IMG/VR virus record: IMGVR_UViG_3300035698_029580
Length of the DNA: 64,000 nt
Strand: one strand, 5' to 3'
Source of the DNA: a virus
Taxonomy: Duplodnaviria > Caudoviricetes
The notes under the pieces were generated by a model that was not told where the DNA came from, did not search any database, and saw nothing but the letters and a program-made list of their open reading frames with translations. Every line of letters starts with the position of its first letter. Positions within the stretch are counted from its first letter, which is position 1. The position numbers were made by a program, and so were the translations under genes. Positions 1 to 9,469 of the stretch are shown in pieces.

Positions 1-96
1 CAAGAATTCGGAGGGGGAGGTCATAAACAAGCAGCAGGTTACTCAGGTCCAAACCTTCCCTTTACCCTCCCTTCTCCTGGCTTCCTAGAAGATTAA
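1..96 (+). CDS. 3' end of DHH-family phosphoesterase (DHHA1 domain), partial
   Basis: Frame 1 reads QEFGGGGHKQAAGYSG...*, containing the DHHA1 GGGHxxAAG motif. Confidence 0.7.
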   Translation, partial: QEFGGGGHKQAAGYSGPNLPFTLPSPGFLED

Positions 97-150
97 TTTT
101 TCGAGAAAAATAATGTTTAATTGTGAATAATAACTCTATAAGGTGAAATT

Positions 151-459
151 ATGATTATTACTACTGTAAAAGAAGAAAAAATATGCGACCTCTGTAGAAA
201 AGAGGATGAACAAATAAAATCTAAATATCAATGCCAAATATGTAAAAAAGATGTTTGCTCCTATCATACTAAATCTTTTACCTTCTCCAAACCCACTGTA
301 AAAAAACAAATTAATCAAGATTATTCATGGGAAAATCAAAAATATATTATCTCCTGTGTTGATTGCTATAAAATTATAATGGAAAAATTTGATATATTAG
401 AAAAAAAATTAGAACAATTCTATGAAAAAGAATGTCTACCTCTACTTCCAAAGGATTAA
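151..459 (+). CDS. B-box-like Zn-finger/coiled-coil protein, paralog 1
   Basis: CDLC..CQICKKDVCSYH..CVDC followed by a helical tail. Confidence 0.75.
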   Translation: MIITTVKEEKICDLCRKEDEQIKSKYQCQICKKDVCSYHTKSFTFSKPTVKKQINQDYSWENQKYIISCVDCYKIIMEKFDILEKKLEQFYEKECLPLLPKD

Positions 460-559
460 CTAATGACAGTTGTTAATATAGAAGTGAAATAAAAAATGTA
501 CGAAAATAAGATAAATGAATTGTTCAATAAAAAATAATGTTCAAAGGGAGGATTAAATA

Positions 560-1408
560 ATGAAATGTAAAGCCTTTACTCTAGTAGAACTGTTAGTAGT
601 TATTGCTATTATGGCTGTTCTTATGAGTATCCTAATGCCCGCCCTATCACAAGCTAAATATCAAGCCATGAGAACACAATGCCTTGCCAATGTTAAAGCT
701 CAACATATGGCACAATATATGTATGCAACAGATTTTGAAGGAAAATTTGCCCCACATCCAGGTCCGGCTCCCTCATATGTCAGAGCCTATGGTAATAAAA
801 AAAATAATTGTATATATGGACTATTTAAAGATTCAGTACATATGGAACAATCACAAATCCTCTGGTGCCCCATCCTAGCATCAAGATTGTCCTGGTTCAT
901 AGGTACAGGTTGGGATAAAAGCCCTTTAACTTGTTTCCGTGAACTGGAAATGATAAATGAAATAAGCGACTCGTATGCTAATTGGAACTATGAACAAGAT
1001 CCAGATTTTAACCCCTCTCAAGATTATGACTATGAAACAGGACAAGGAAAATATGGATATGTGAGTATGTCATATCTCTGGTTCTCTAATTTTCAAAATG
1101 TTAATAATCCCAGCTGGTTCAAATTTGATTATAATGGAAGTCCAGTTAATACTACTCCCTGGCCTAAAAATCTCAGAGAAGCTAGAGAAGATTCTGCTAT
1201 GATTTCTCATTCTGTTACTCTTAATCCAACTATTATTGCTGATTATTCCCATAAAGGGGCTGGTTTCTCTTATGATATTCTGTCATTTGAAGATTATTCC
1301 GAAACAGCAGATACTCCCGTAGGCTATGGCGATGGACATACCGAAATGATACCTAGACCTGATGTTCTGCCAAGAGTAAATATCAATAATACTATCTATT
1401 TCTATTAA
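560..1408 (+). CDS. Prepilin-type N-terminal cleavage/methylation protein (PVC/Planctomycete DUF1559-like)
   Basis: AFTLVELLVVIAIMAVLMSILMPALSQAK..C..N; C-terminal GYGDGH motif; GGAGG RBS. Confidence 0.9.
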   Translation: MKCKAFTLVELLVVIAIMAVLMSILMPALSQAKYQAMRTQCLANVKAQHMAQYMYATDFEGKFAPHPGPAPSYVRAYGNKKNNCIYGLFKDSVHMEQSQILWCPILASRLSWFIGTGWDKSPLTCFRELEMINEISDSYANWNYEQDPDFNPSQDYDYETGQGKYGYVSMSYLWFSNFQNVNNPSWFKFDYNGSPVNTTPWPKNLREAREDSAMISHSVTLNPTIIADYSHKGAGFSYDILSFEDYSETADTPVGYGDGHTEMIPRPDVLPRVNINNTIYFY

Positions 1409-1533
1409 AATTCTTAATATTTTTTCCCGCGAAAATAATTAAATTCAAAAAATTTCCTATCAAAGTGAAAACTTTTCCACTATAAAGGAAATTAATTATG
1501 ATTAAATCAACTTCCGAATAAGGAGTAATTAAA

Positions 1534-1863
1534 ATGTCAAATACTAAAAAATGTGATTTCTGCGAAAAAGAAGCAATACATAAATGCGATATCTGTAAAA
1601 AAAATGTCTGCGAAAAACATATTAGTGAAAATCCCTATTATACTCATCCTACTCTTATCTGTAATTATTATAGCATACTATATAGACAAGAATCCACTAT
1701 AGCAGTTTGCTCAAAATGCGAAAAAGAAAATAAAGAATTAAAAAATGTACTAAAAGAAGAAAAAAAAATCCACCAAAGATATATTTCTACAATAAATGGT
1801 ATAATGAAAGTAATTAATAAAGAAACTCAACCTCTATGGAAAAAACTACTCAATAAGGAGTAA
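1534..1863 (+). CDS. B-box-like Zn-finger/coiled-coil protein, paralog 2
   Basis: CDFC..CDICKKNVCEKH..CSKC; AGGAG RBS. Confidence 0.8.
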   Translation: MSNTKKCDFCEKEAIHKCDICKKNVCEKHISENPYYTHPTLICNYYSILYRQESTIAVCSKCEKENKELKNVLKEEKKIHQRYISTINGIMKVINKETQPLWKKLLNKE

Positions 1864-1866
1864 TCA

Positions 1867-2244
1867 ATGTCCACCATTAAAGTAAATAAAATAATCTGCG
1901 ATTTCTGCCCTAAAAATAGCAAAACTCAGGCAGACGATAGGTGTTATGTCTGCGGTAATGATATGTGCCATAAACATAAACATTTTGTTAAATATTATTT
2001 TAATATGTATTGCGAACCATATATTATAATACATCAAAATAATGATTCATTTACTATTTGTCCCTCCTGCCACGAAAAAATGATAAAATATGATAATAAA
2101 TTAGACAAAAAAAGAAATAAAGTATTAGAAAAATATAAATCCCAATTATTAGAAATTATATACAAAATGAGTGAAGAAGTACAAAAAGAAAAAAATGAAT
2201 TGTGGGAATTATGTAAAAATCAAAAAAAGGTAAATAAACAATGA
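1867..2244 (+). CDS. B-box-like Zn-finger/coiled-coil protein, paralog 3
   Basis: CDFC..CYVCGNDMCHKH..CPSC. Confidence 0.8.
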   Translation: MSTIKVNKIICDFCPKNSKTQADDRCYVCGNDMCHKHKHFVKYYFNMYCEPYIIIHQNNDSFTICPSCHEKMIKYDNKLDKKRNKVLEKYKSQLLEIIYKMSEEVQKEKNELWELCKNQKKVNKQ

Positions 2245-2603
2245 CAACTATCTATAATCAAAAAAAATTGTGCGATATATGCCTAAATGAGGAAAAAGAA
2301 GTAATAGCAGATTCATCCTGCCATTTCTGTAATAATGATATCTGCGAAAAACATAATAAATCCTTCTCTACTCATAATCCATTCCTAATTAAATTCTATG
2401 AAATATCCTATAAAAGAAAACGTGTCTTCTGTCTATGTCCTAATTGCTTCAACCTCTTCAAAGAAAAAATTAATGATGTTATAATGAAAGAATTTAACCT
2501 TAAACAAAAATATATCTCTAAAATGGGAAATGACTTCAAAGAACTAAAAAATGAAACCGATGAACTATGGGAAAATCTATTAGAAAAACTCGATATTTTA
2601 TAA
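2241..2603 (+). CDS. B-box-like Zn-finger/coiled-coil protein, paralog 4
   Basis: CDIC..CHFCNNDICEKH..CPNC. Confidence 0.8.
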   Translation: MTTIYNQKKLCDICLNEEKEVIADSSCHFCNNDICEKHNKSFSTHNPFLIKFYEISYKRKRVFCLCPNCFNLFKEKINDVIMKEFNLKQKYISKMGNDFKELKNETDELWENLLEKLDIL

Positions 2604-2653
2604 CTTAATTTTTTCCGCGAAAATTAATAAAAATCCCCTAAAAGGATTAACCA

Positions 2654-3040
2654 ATGGCAATTGTTAAAGTAGATCAAACCATCTGCGATATCTGTAACGA
2701 AACAGGAACGAAAATAGGAATGAAAAATGCAGCAAGTGGAATATGCTGCGTCTGTAAAAAAGATATCTGCTATCACCATACATCTAAACATCTCCTCTAC
2801 TCCAATTTTATCCAATGCGAAAATTATAAAGTGATACGTAATATAATGAGATTGCCAATCCTCTGCGAAAATTGCTATGAACTCCTAATTGATAAAAAAT
2901 TGTATAAAATAAAAGAAAAAGAAGAACAAATATATGAAAAATATGAAAAACAACTAAATGAAATACTTAATCAAATCCATCAAGAATCTGAAGAAGTATG
3001 GGAAATACTATTGGAAAATCTTAATAATCCCATAACTTAA
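2654..3040 (+). CDS. B-box-like Zn-finger/coiled-coil protein, paralog 5
   Basis: CDIC..CCVCKKDICYHH..CENC. Confidence 0.8.
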   Translation: MAIVKVDQTICDICNETGTKIGMKNAASGICCVCKKDICYHHTSKHLLYSNFIQCENYKVIRNIMRLPILCENCYELLIDKKLYKIKEKEEQIYEKYEKQLNEILNQIHQESEEVWEILLENLNNPIT

Positions 3041-3167
3041 TATTTTTTTCGCGGAAAATTAAAGAATTCCTTAAAATAATAAATCCCCCTTATTAATAAA
3101 TAAATAAAGATTTTTAATCATTTAATTATATAAGTACATATATAAATAAATAAAGAAAGAATATAAT

Positions 3168-3536
3168 ATGTCAACTAAAATGATAAAACAAACCTTCTGC
3201 GATATCTGTAGTGAATTAGATATAAAACAATTAGCAAATAATAAATGCTCCATCTGTAAAAAAGATGTCTGCGATGATCATCTAAATCATAAAATTATAA
3301 ATCCAGTAAATCATAAAATTATAAATCCAGTAGTAAGAAATAGTATGCTATCTACTCATAATCCAGTTTTGTGCGATATATATAATGTAACCTGTATTAA
3401 TTCAATAAAACTATCCGTCTGCTCCAATTGCTCAAAAAATAGTGCCAATAATATAATCTATGAAGCACAATATAAAGAAATTCAAATACATATACATAAA
3501 AAATATATGACAAAACTAAATGAAATACTTAATTAA
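3168..3536 (+). CDS. B-box-like Zn-finger protein, paralog 6 (probably truncated by a premature TAA; homology continues to 3593)
   Basis: CDIC..CSICKKDVCDDH..CSNC; in-frame LYQEVERVWDNLL after the stop matches the paralog C-termini. Confidence 0.75.
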   Translation: MSTKMIKQTFCDICSELDIKQLANNKCSICKKDVCDDHLNHKIINPVNHKIINPVVRNSMLSTHNPVLCDIYNVTCINSIKLSVCSNCSKNSANNIIYEAQYKEIQIHIHKKYMTKLNEILN

Positions 3537-3639
3537 CTATATCAAGAAGTTGAAAGAGTATGGGATAATCTGTTAAATTTAAATGATATTTAAAAAATAA
3601 TCGTAATAACTATATAAGTACCTATTTAATAATATAACA

Positions 3640-3700
3640 TGCCCACCACTCCTCTTACTTGTCCCCTCCAGTAATGAGTACCTTTGGTGGGCCTTTTTTT
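3640..3700 (+). ncRNA. Conserved hairpin motif, copy 1 (small RNA or terminator)
   Basis: GCCCACC/GGTGGGC and ACTC/GAGT stems plus a T-tract; related copy at 45563. Confidence 0.5.
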
Positions 3701-4113
3701 TATCTCCTTCATCATAATTATACTTCTCATTACTATTCAATAAATCTATATATCATAATAAATCTATATAAATCCTTCCATTTTATATCTCATTATGATA
3801 TCATGGTTGTACCATTTATGCCTTTATTCATTAATAATACACTTCACCCCACTTTCTACCACTTCCCTCCCCTTTGTCCCATTTTAAAGAATTTTAATAA
3901 TTATTTATTATTATTAAGCAAATAACCGTCAAATAAGAAATACCCCCTTATGTAACTAAAATAATACTTTTTGTCCATTTAATCACTATTAAGCAAATAA
4001 TAGTCAAATGAACCTGTAAGGATTACTTAATAGTTCATTTGAGAATAAGTAAATATATGTAATCTTATTTATGTATAACACTGAAATACTGAAACTGTAG
4101 AGTATTAATTTAA

Positions 4114-4240
4114 TGGAGTATCATTTAATTGAGTTTAGTGAACTTAAGTGGAGTATCAACTCAAAGTATGTGGAGTATCATTTAATTGAGTTTAGTGAAC
4201 TTAAGTGGACTTTAGTGGAGTAGTGGACTTTAGTGGAGTA
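4114..4240. repeat. Direct repeats (iteron-like)
   Basis: 39-bp perfect repeat at 4114-4152 and 4171-4209; AGTGGACTTTAGTGGAGTA at 4204 and 4222; five TGGAGTA cores. Confidence 0.85.
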
Positions 4241-4681
4241 TCGGCAAACCTTTGTTCATTTATCTTTTTATTCATTAAAAATTTTTTATTTATTATATTT
4301 AAAACGTCTCACAATGCCCCAGGATCAATTTTATATTAGAAAGGTATCAACCTGCCTATTTGTCCTATATATTTAAACATAACAATAATACAGCACCAAA
4401 TTTACTAATCTAATTGGGTACTGGAACAGGGAATAATGAATTATAAATTAGCATTGATTTCTATAACACTGATTTTCATAACACTGATTTAAGGCACTGA
4501 CCTATAAAATAATTAAATATTAAAAAATTTTTATTTAAAAAGAAGGATTATTGAAAAATTATTACTAATTTTCTAAATAGAAAATTAGTAAAAAGGAAAT
4601 CACCTTTTAATTTTCTTATAAATTGTAATTAATTAATATTGGATAATTTTGAAATAAACTGAAAAAAATGTAAAAAAAGGG

Positions 4682-4709
4682 TTGCACTGTAATGAATATA
4701 TGATATAGT
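4682..4709 (+). promoter_or_regulatory. sigma70-like promoter
   Basis: TTGCAC-N16-TATAGT with TG extension. Confidence 0.4.
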
Positions 4710-4801
4710 AGGGTTGTTGGGAGTGGTATTCCCTCTGAGTCGCCGTAATTCTGTTTCTATGGCAGGAGAAGAGTTATCAGGAATACTAAATAGTCATTTT
4801 A

Positions 4802-4932
4802 TTTTCCAGCAAGAATTTCTTTTTATTTAGCACTGAATGCTGGAAAATTAAATTGATATAATTTTTCCAGCATTATTTTATTATTTGAGAATTTTAATGC
4901 TGGAAAATAAAAGTTTGATAATTTTTCCAGCA
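4802..4932. repeat. Alternating inverted cluster of TTTTCCAGCA, ~60-bp period
   Basis: Forward at 4802, 4863, 4923; reverse (TGCTGGAAAA) at 4838, 4898. Confidence 0.9.
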
Positions 4933-4955
4933 TTAAAATTTTAAGGATAATTAGA

Positions 4956-5156
4956 ATGAGTGAAAACTCTCGTATAGGTTTGTGGTGTTTGGCTGGTATT
5001 TTTGGTGAAATATTTTTATTATTTAGTGTGATATTTTGTTTTGGAAAGATGGGCACTTCGGACAGCCCTGGTTTTTGGTTTATTTTATATCTTATCATAT
5101 TTTTCATAGGTATGGTTCCTGTGTATGGGATTTGCATGGGCTGTTTAAGTGAGTGA
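4956..5156 (+). CDS. Small membrane protein
   Basis: Two hydrophobic segments; follows header motif and AGGA. Confidence 0.5.
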   Translation: MSENSRIGLWCLAGIFGEIFLLFSVIFCFGKMGTSDSPGFWFILYLIIFFIGMVPVYGICMGCLSE

Positions 5157-5380
5157 ATTAAATAGATAATTTTTCCAGCAAAGAGCAAGGAAGCTTTTCT
5201 TTTGATGATTATATTTTGTTTGCACTGATCCTCTTTTTTTGGGTGAATTTTCAATTAAAAATTTTTGAGGGACATTTCTGTAAACAATTTTTAGTGGGAA
5301 AAAGAATTAAAAGTGAAAATTTGATGTTATATTAAGAACATGTTTTTCAAATTTTTGTATCATTTTTAGGAGATGAACTA

Positions 5381-6001
5381 ATGACGGAGAAGAAAGAAAG
5401 TTATGAGTCTATCAAAAAAATTACTGAAAGACCCATTAAAGACAGAGTTGAAGTAAGAAATAAGAAAGGAAATTTACAAGTTCCTCGGCGTCATCATTTA
5501 ACAAAAGAAGAGTTAGACAAGATTATTGAGCAGAAGAAAACATTAAGTCCGATAGGTGGAGATGTGTTCATAAATCCTTATACTAGGAAAGGAATTTGCA
5601 GATTTACTGTAGATGCATTACATGAGTTAGGATTGAATGAATGGCATAATTTTATTGTAGTCAGGGATAAAATTGAAGAAACAATGTCTAAGGTAGATGA
5701 TCCTAAGGGTAATAATTTATGGGAAAAATTTGTAAATAGGAAACCTCGGTCATCAACTGGCAAAGATTATAATGGCAGGTTATTGGCTACTTTTAAGACT
5801 TTACAAAGGCTCAACAGTGATAATCCTTATGGATATAAATTGAGTCAGGTATGTGCATGCATTGACATTAGGGCTGATAATGGTACTTTTCAATATCGTT
5901 TAAACACAAAATTTGACAGTAGAGAAGAGGTTTTTCCCATAACTTTACCGAAAGGAAAAAGAGGCAGGAAACCCAAAAATCAAATTTCTGATACTAAATA
6001 G
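5381..6001 (+). CDS. Hypothetical basic protein with C-terminal AT-hook-like motif
   Basis: KGKRGRKPK; AGGAG RBS. Confidence 0.75.
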   Translation: MTEKKESYESIKKITERPIKDRVEVRNKKGNLQVPRRHHLTKEELDKIIEQKKTLSPIGGDVFINPYTRKGICRFTVDALHELGLNEWHNFIVVRDKIEETMSKVDDPKGNNLWEKFVNRKPRSSTGKDYNGRLLATFKTLQRLNSDNPYGYKLSQVCACIDIRADNGTFQYRLNTKFDSREEVFPITLPKGKRGRKPKNQISDTK

Positions 6002-6222
6002 CATTAGATTGGGTTGATTTTATGTAAGTAATGATTTTGCAAAGGTTTATGAGTAAATATTATTAGATTACAACAAATAAATTAGTAAATAACAGGGTTT
6101 TTTGTCATTTGAGCAGGCAGGATATTTGTGTTCCTGTCTGTTCTTTTTTATTTTCCAGCATTATAAGGGATAAGAGAATAGAGTGTGAGAAAAGTAGATT
6201 TTCAAATTGAGAGGCAATAATT

Positions 6223-6516
6223 ATGTTTTTGAAAGAAGTTGTTAACATTGATGAGGCAGTTGATTATTTGAATGAATTATTCAGAATTGATACTATAGCA
6301 ATAAGACATTTAGTTAATAATAGGATATTATGCAACACTGAATTAGCAAATCATCCTACATGTCAAGTTTGTAGATCTGCGATTGATGGTAGAGATAGGG
6401 TGGGTATTTTGGGAGTAATTAATGGCATGTTTGGGACATCACAAAATGGGAGGGGTACCATATGTGCTAATTTTGATGAGACGGGAGAATTACAGGGATT
6501 TTCACGTTTGGGATAA
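6223..6516 (+). CDS. Hypothetical protein
   Basis: ORF with header motif and GAGG RBS. Confidence 0.75.
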   Translation: MFLKEVVNIDEAVDYLNELFRIDTIAIRHLVNNRILCNTELANHPTCQVCRSAIDGRDRVGILGVINGMFGTSQNGRGTICANFDETGELQGFSRLG

Positions 6517-6623
6517 TTTTAGCACCGCGAAAAATTTTCCAGCAAAATATGGATTTTTCTATATAAGTGTGGTAAATTGAAAAAATGTTATTATTTTTTG
6601 GAAAAAATTATTAGGAGTCAGAC

Positions 6624-7349
6624 ATGGTTTCAGCAGTAGCATTAGATAGGATTATTAGTAATTTGTCAATTTTTGATGTCTCACAGAGCAAAATGAGATT
6701 AATTAATGATAAATTTCGTCAATCACGGTCGAAGAAAGCTATTCGTATTCGTGAATGGATTAACCAATATCTTCAAAATGGTATTTGGACTAACATAGAA
6801 TTGAAGAAAAAATATCCTGCTGTTTCTATTGTACATCTAGCGGCTGATGAACATGGTGGAATTGATGATGCTTATGTTTCCCAAATAGATTGGATTTCTA
6901 TTGCAGATGCTCAATCTGCTCCCTATTTTGTATTACCATCGGCCAATTGTGGGATAGGCTTGGTTTCTGCAGTATCCTCGACTGAATATAGAGGGAAATT
7001 TAAGGGATGGACATCTTCGTGTACCGAATATTTTTTGGTTGGTAGAAATGAAGCAGGAACATTTTTTGCCCATAGAGTAACACAATCCAATAGTGTGGAG
7101 GAGGCAATTAATTGGATTTGGGGAGGACGATCTAAGCAGATTGTTCGAAGACAGGGGGATATTGCAATTATTAAGGGATCTGGACCAAAGGGATTAGATA
7201 AATTACCTTTTGGGCATAATGTACAAGGCAATTATATTGTACATGATACTCATCCTCCAATTGCAATTCCTGGGAAGGGGGAAAGAATTATTATAGGTCG
7301 TAGGGCTGCTCAAAAGGGTCATGGAACATTTAGTCAAACAAGGGACTAA
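6624..7349 (+). CDS. Hypothetical protein
   Basis: 241-aa ORF; AGGAG RBS; flanked by identical 31-bp repeats (6514, 7366). Confidence 0.8.
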   Translation: MVSAVALDRIISNLSIFDVSQSKMRLINDKFRQSRSKKAIRIREWINQYLQNGIWTNIELKKKYPAVSIVHLAADEHGGIDDAYVSQIDWISIADAQSAPYFVLPSANCGIGLVSAVSSTEYRGKFKGWTSSCTEYFLVGRNEAGTFFAHRVTQSNSVEEAINWIWGGRSKQIVRRQGDIAIIKGSGPKGLDKLPFGHNVQGNYIVHDTHPPIAIPGKGERIIIGRRAAQKGHGTFSQTRD

Positions 7350-7454
7350 GATAACAAATTTTAAATAATTTTAGCACCGCGAAAAATTTTCCAGCATTAA
7401 AATAAGTAATATATAGTAGTAGTTAAAATATTTCATTGAAAGTGAGGTAATAAG

Positions 7455-9134
7455 ATGACTGTACAGACGAAAAATTTGGAAATGCATCCGAAACTTTTGT
7501 TGGATGTCATAAAAAGACAGGCTGGGACGTTGGAAAAGGCTGTTCTAGAAGGGGTTATGAACGCAATTGAGGCAGGTGCCAATAAGGTAGATATCAAGTT
7601 AGACCCTGACAATTCAGTTCTTTATATTTCTGATGATGGGCATGGGATTACTAGTGAGAAGGAAATTGAGCAATATTTTGCTACATTTGGAACACCTCAT
7701 GAGAAGTCAGAGAACAAGATTTGGGCTCAATTTCGAATGGGAAGAGGGCAATTATTTTCTTTTGGCAAAAATATTTGGGAAACATCTAATTTTAAGATGA
7801 AGGTTGATATTAAGAACTGGGGACTTGTATATAAATTAAAGAAAATAAAGGTTCCTGTTAATGGATGTAATATTAAGATTGAATTATATGAAAATCCTAT
7901 TGGTAAATGGAATTATCCTACTATAGATTCTTTTAAGGACAGAATTCAACATCACGTTCAATTTATGCCTCTTCCCATATATTTTAATGGGAAACAAATT
8001 AATACTCCTGCCACTGAAATACAATGGGATAAGGAAGATGAAAATGCTTATTATTCCTTTGGGCTTGGATTGGATATGAGTATTTATAATTTGGGTGCTT
8101 TTGTGACCAAATTGCCAGTTAGTCAGACGGGAGTGCCGGGGGTTGTTGTATCTAAGAAGCAATTAGGGGTGAATTTTGCTCGTAATGATATTCAGTCTAG
8201 TTGTCCTGTTTATAAGGAAATTCAGGAAGTTATTAGAGAAAATAGGATTAAAAAAACTAGAAGGAAGAGTGGACTTCGTTTGACTCATTATGAACGTCAA
8301 ACAACACTGACTGATATACGTGATGGAATTCAAAAATATGATGAAGTTAAGAATATTGGTTTATTGTTAACATCTTCTGGAAGATATATAACACTGGAAC
8401 AAATTCGTAAGAATAAGCAATTTTGGTGTTTTGCTCCTGAGGGAAATAGGATGGCTGATAATCTTATGGAGCAAGGTGCGGCACTGGTCTTTGAAGATGT
8501 TGTTTTGTCGAATTTGAATTATACTGGTGAGAGAAGGAATTTTTTCTCATGGTTATTGCAATATCAAGAAGATTTGGTTAGGGGATGGGATACTGTAGTT
8601 AAATTACATAGGGAATTTCAGGGTAAGGGTTCTTTGACGGATGGATTTTTGGAAAACTATATTACTTTAGCAGATCTTAAATTAAATATTGTAGAGAGAA
8701 GGGTATTAAAAGCCTTGAACAAAATGAGATATTGGAAAGATAGGATTATTACTATTGGAACAAGTGATAGTGCTAGGGCTTGGACTGATGGTAATTCTTT
8801 TATTACTCTTAATCGTAGTTTTATCAAGGGTTTATGTTTGTCTGATGCTGGGAATGTTGCTCAATTATTTGCTGTATTGGTTCATGAATTGGCACATGAT
8901 GATAGTACTATGGGTTCTCATATTCATGGAGAGGAATTTTATCGTAATTTTCATGAGATTTGTATGAGTAAGAGATGGGATACTAATCCATTAAGTGAAA
9001 TACGTTATTTTTCTCAAGTTATGCAAAATTTTCGGGTAGATGAAAAAATTCAAAAAATAAAGGAAAAAGAAGAAAAGGCTAAAGTTAAGAGAGACAAGAA
9101 GTTAGGTGTCGTAATGGCACAATCTTCTATTTAA
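7455..9134 (+). CDS. GHKL (HATPase_c) ATPase with C-terminal HEXXH metallopeptidase-like motif
   Basis: EGVMNAIEA, DDGHG, QFRMGRG; VLVHELAH..H. Confidence 0.8.
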   Translation: MTVQTKNLEMHPKLLLDVIKRQAGTLEKAVLEGVMNAIEAGANKVDIKLDPDNSVLYISDDGHGITSEKEIEQYFATFGTPHEKSENKIWAQFRMGRGQLFSFGKNIWETSNFKMKVDIKNWGLVYKLKKIKVPVNGCNIKIELYENPIGKWNYPTIDSFKDRIQHHVQFMPLPIYFNGKQINTPATEIQWDKEDENAYYSFGLGLDMSIYNLGAFVTKLPVSQTGVPGVVVSKKQLGVNFARNDIQSSCPVYKEIQEVIRENRIKKTRRKSGLRLTHYERQTTLTDIRDGIQKYDEVKNIGLLLTSSGRYITLEQIRKNKQFWCFAPEGNRMADNLMEQGAALVFEDVVLSNLNYTGERRNFFSWLLQYQEDLVRGWDTVVKLHREFQGKGSLTDGFLENYITLADLKLNIVERRVLKALNKMRYWKDRIITIGTSDSARAWTDGNSFITLNRSFIKGLCLSDAGNVAQLFAVLVHELAHDDSTMGSHIHGEEFYRNFHEICMSKRWDTNPLSEIRYFSQVMQNFRVDEKIQKIKEKEEKAKVKRDKKLGVVMAQSSI

Positions 9135-9162
9135 TTGACAAGTGATTAATTATTGGTATAAT
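9135..9162 (+). promoter_or_regulatory. sigma70 consensus promoter
   Basis: TTGACA-N16-TATAAT with TG extension. Confidence 0.7.
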
Positions 9163-9174
9163 AAGGGAATTAAA

Positions 9175-9468
9175 ATGATTAGAAAAATAATAAATATTTT
9201 TAGAAAGTCAAGAAAACCTACAGAAGTAATTGAATCTGTAGAAGTTGAAAAAGAAATTAAGTCTGGAGAAAATGAAGCTAAAAAGGCTTTTAGACCTATA
9301 GTAGATAATTTTGCAAAGAAAATTAAATCTATAGGAGAAGAATTTGAAAAGGAAATTAAATCTATAGAAGAAGAATTTGAAAAGGAAATTAAAGAAGAGG
9401 GGAAAAGAAAAAGAGAGATAATGTCTCAATGGTATGAGAATAATAAATTTAAAAAGGAAGGAAGTTAA
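9175..9468 (+). CDS. Hypothetical coiled-coil protein with 11-aa tandem repeat
   Basis: KEIKSI(G/E)EEFE repeats; start placed downstream of the promoter. Confidence 0.65.
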   Translation: MIRKIINIFRKSRKPTEVIESVEVEKEIKSGENEAKKAFRPIVDNFAKKIKSIGEEFEKEIKSIEEEFEKEIKEEGKRKREIMSQWYENNKFKKEGS

Positions 9469-9469
9469 G

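Noticed and set aside
3534-3536. Stop-codon reassignment
   Set aside because: It is a single TAA case; genes are otherwise intact and densely packed in code 11, with TAA, TAG and TGA all used as stops.
3659-5254. ORFs 3659..3925(+) and 4823..5254(-)
   Set aside because: Low-complexity translations across a hairpin and repeat DNA, with no RBS.
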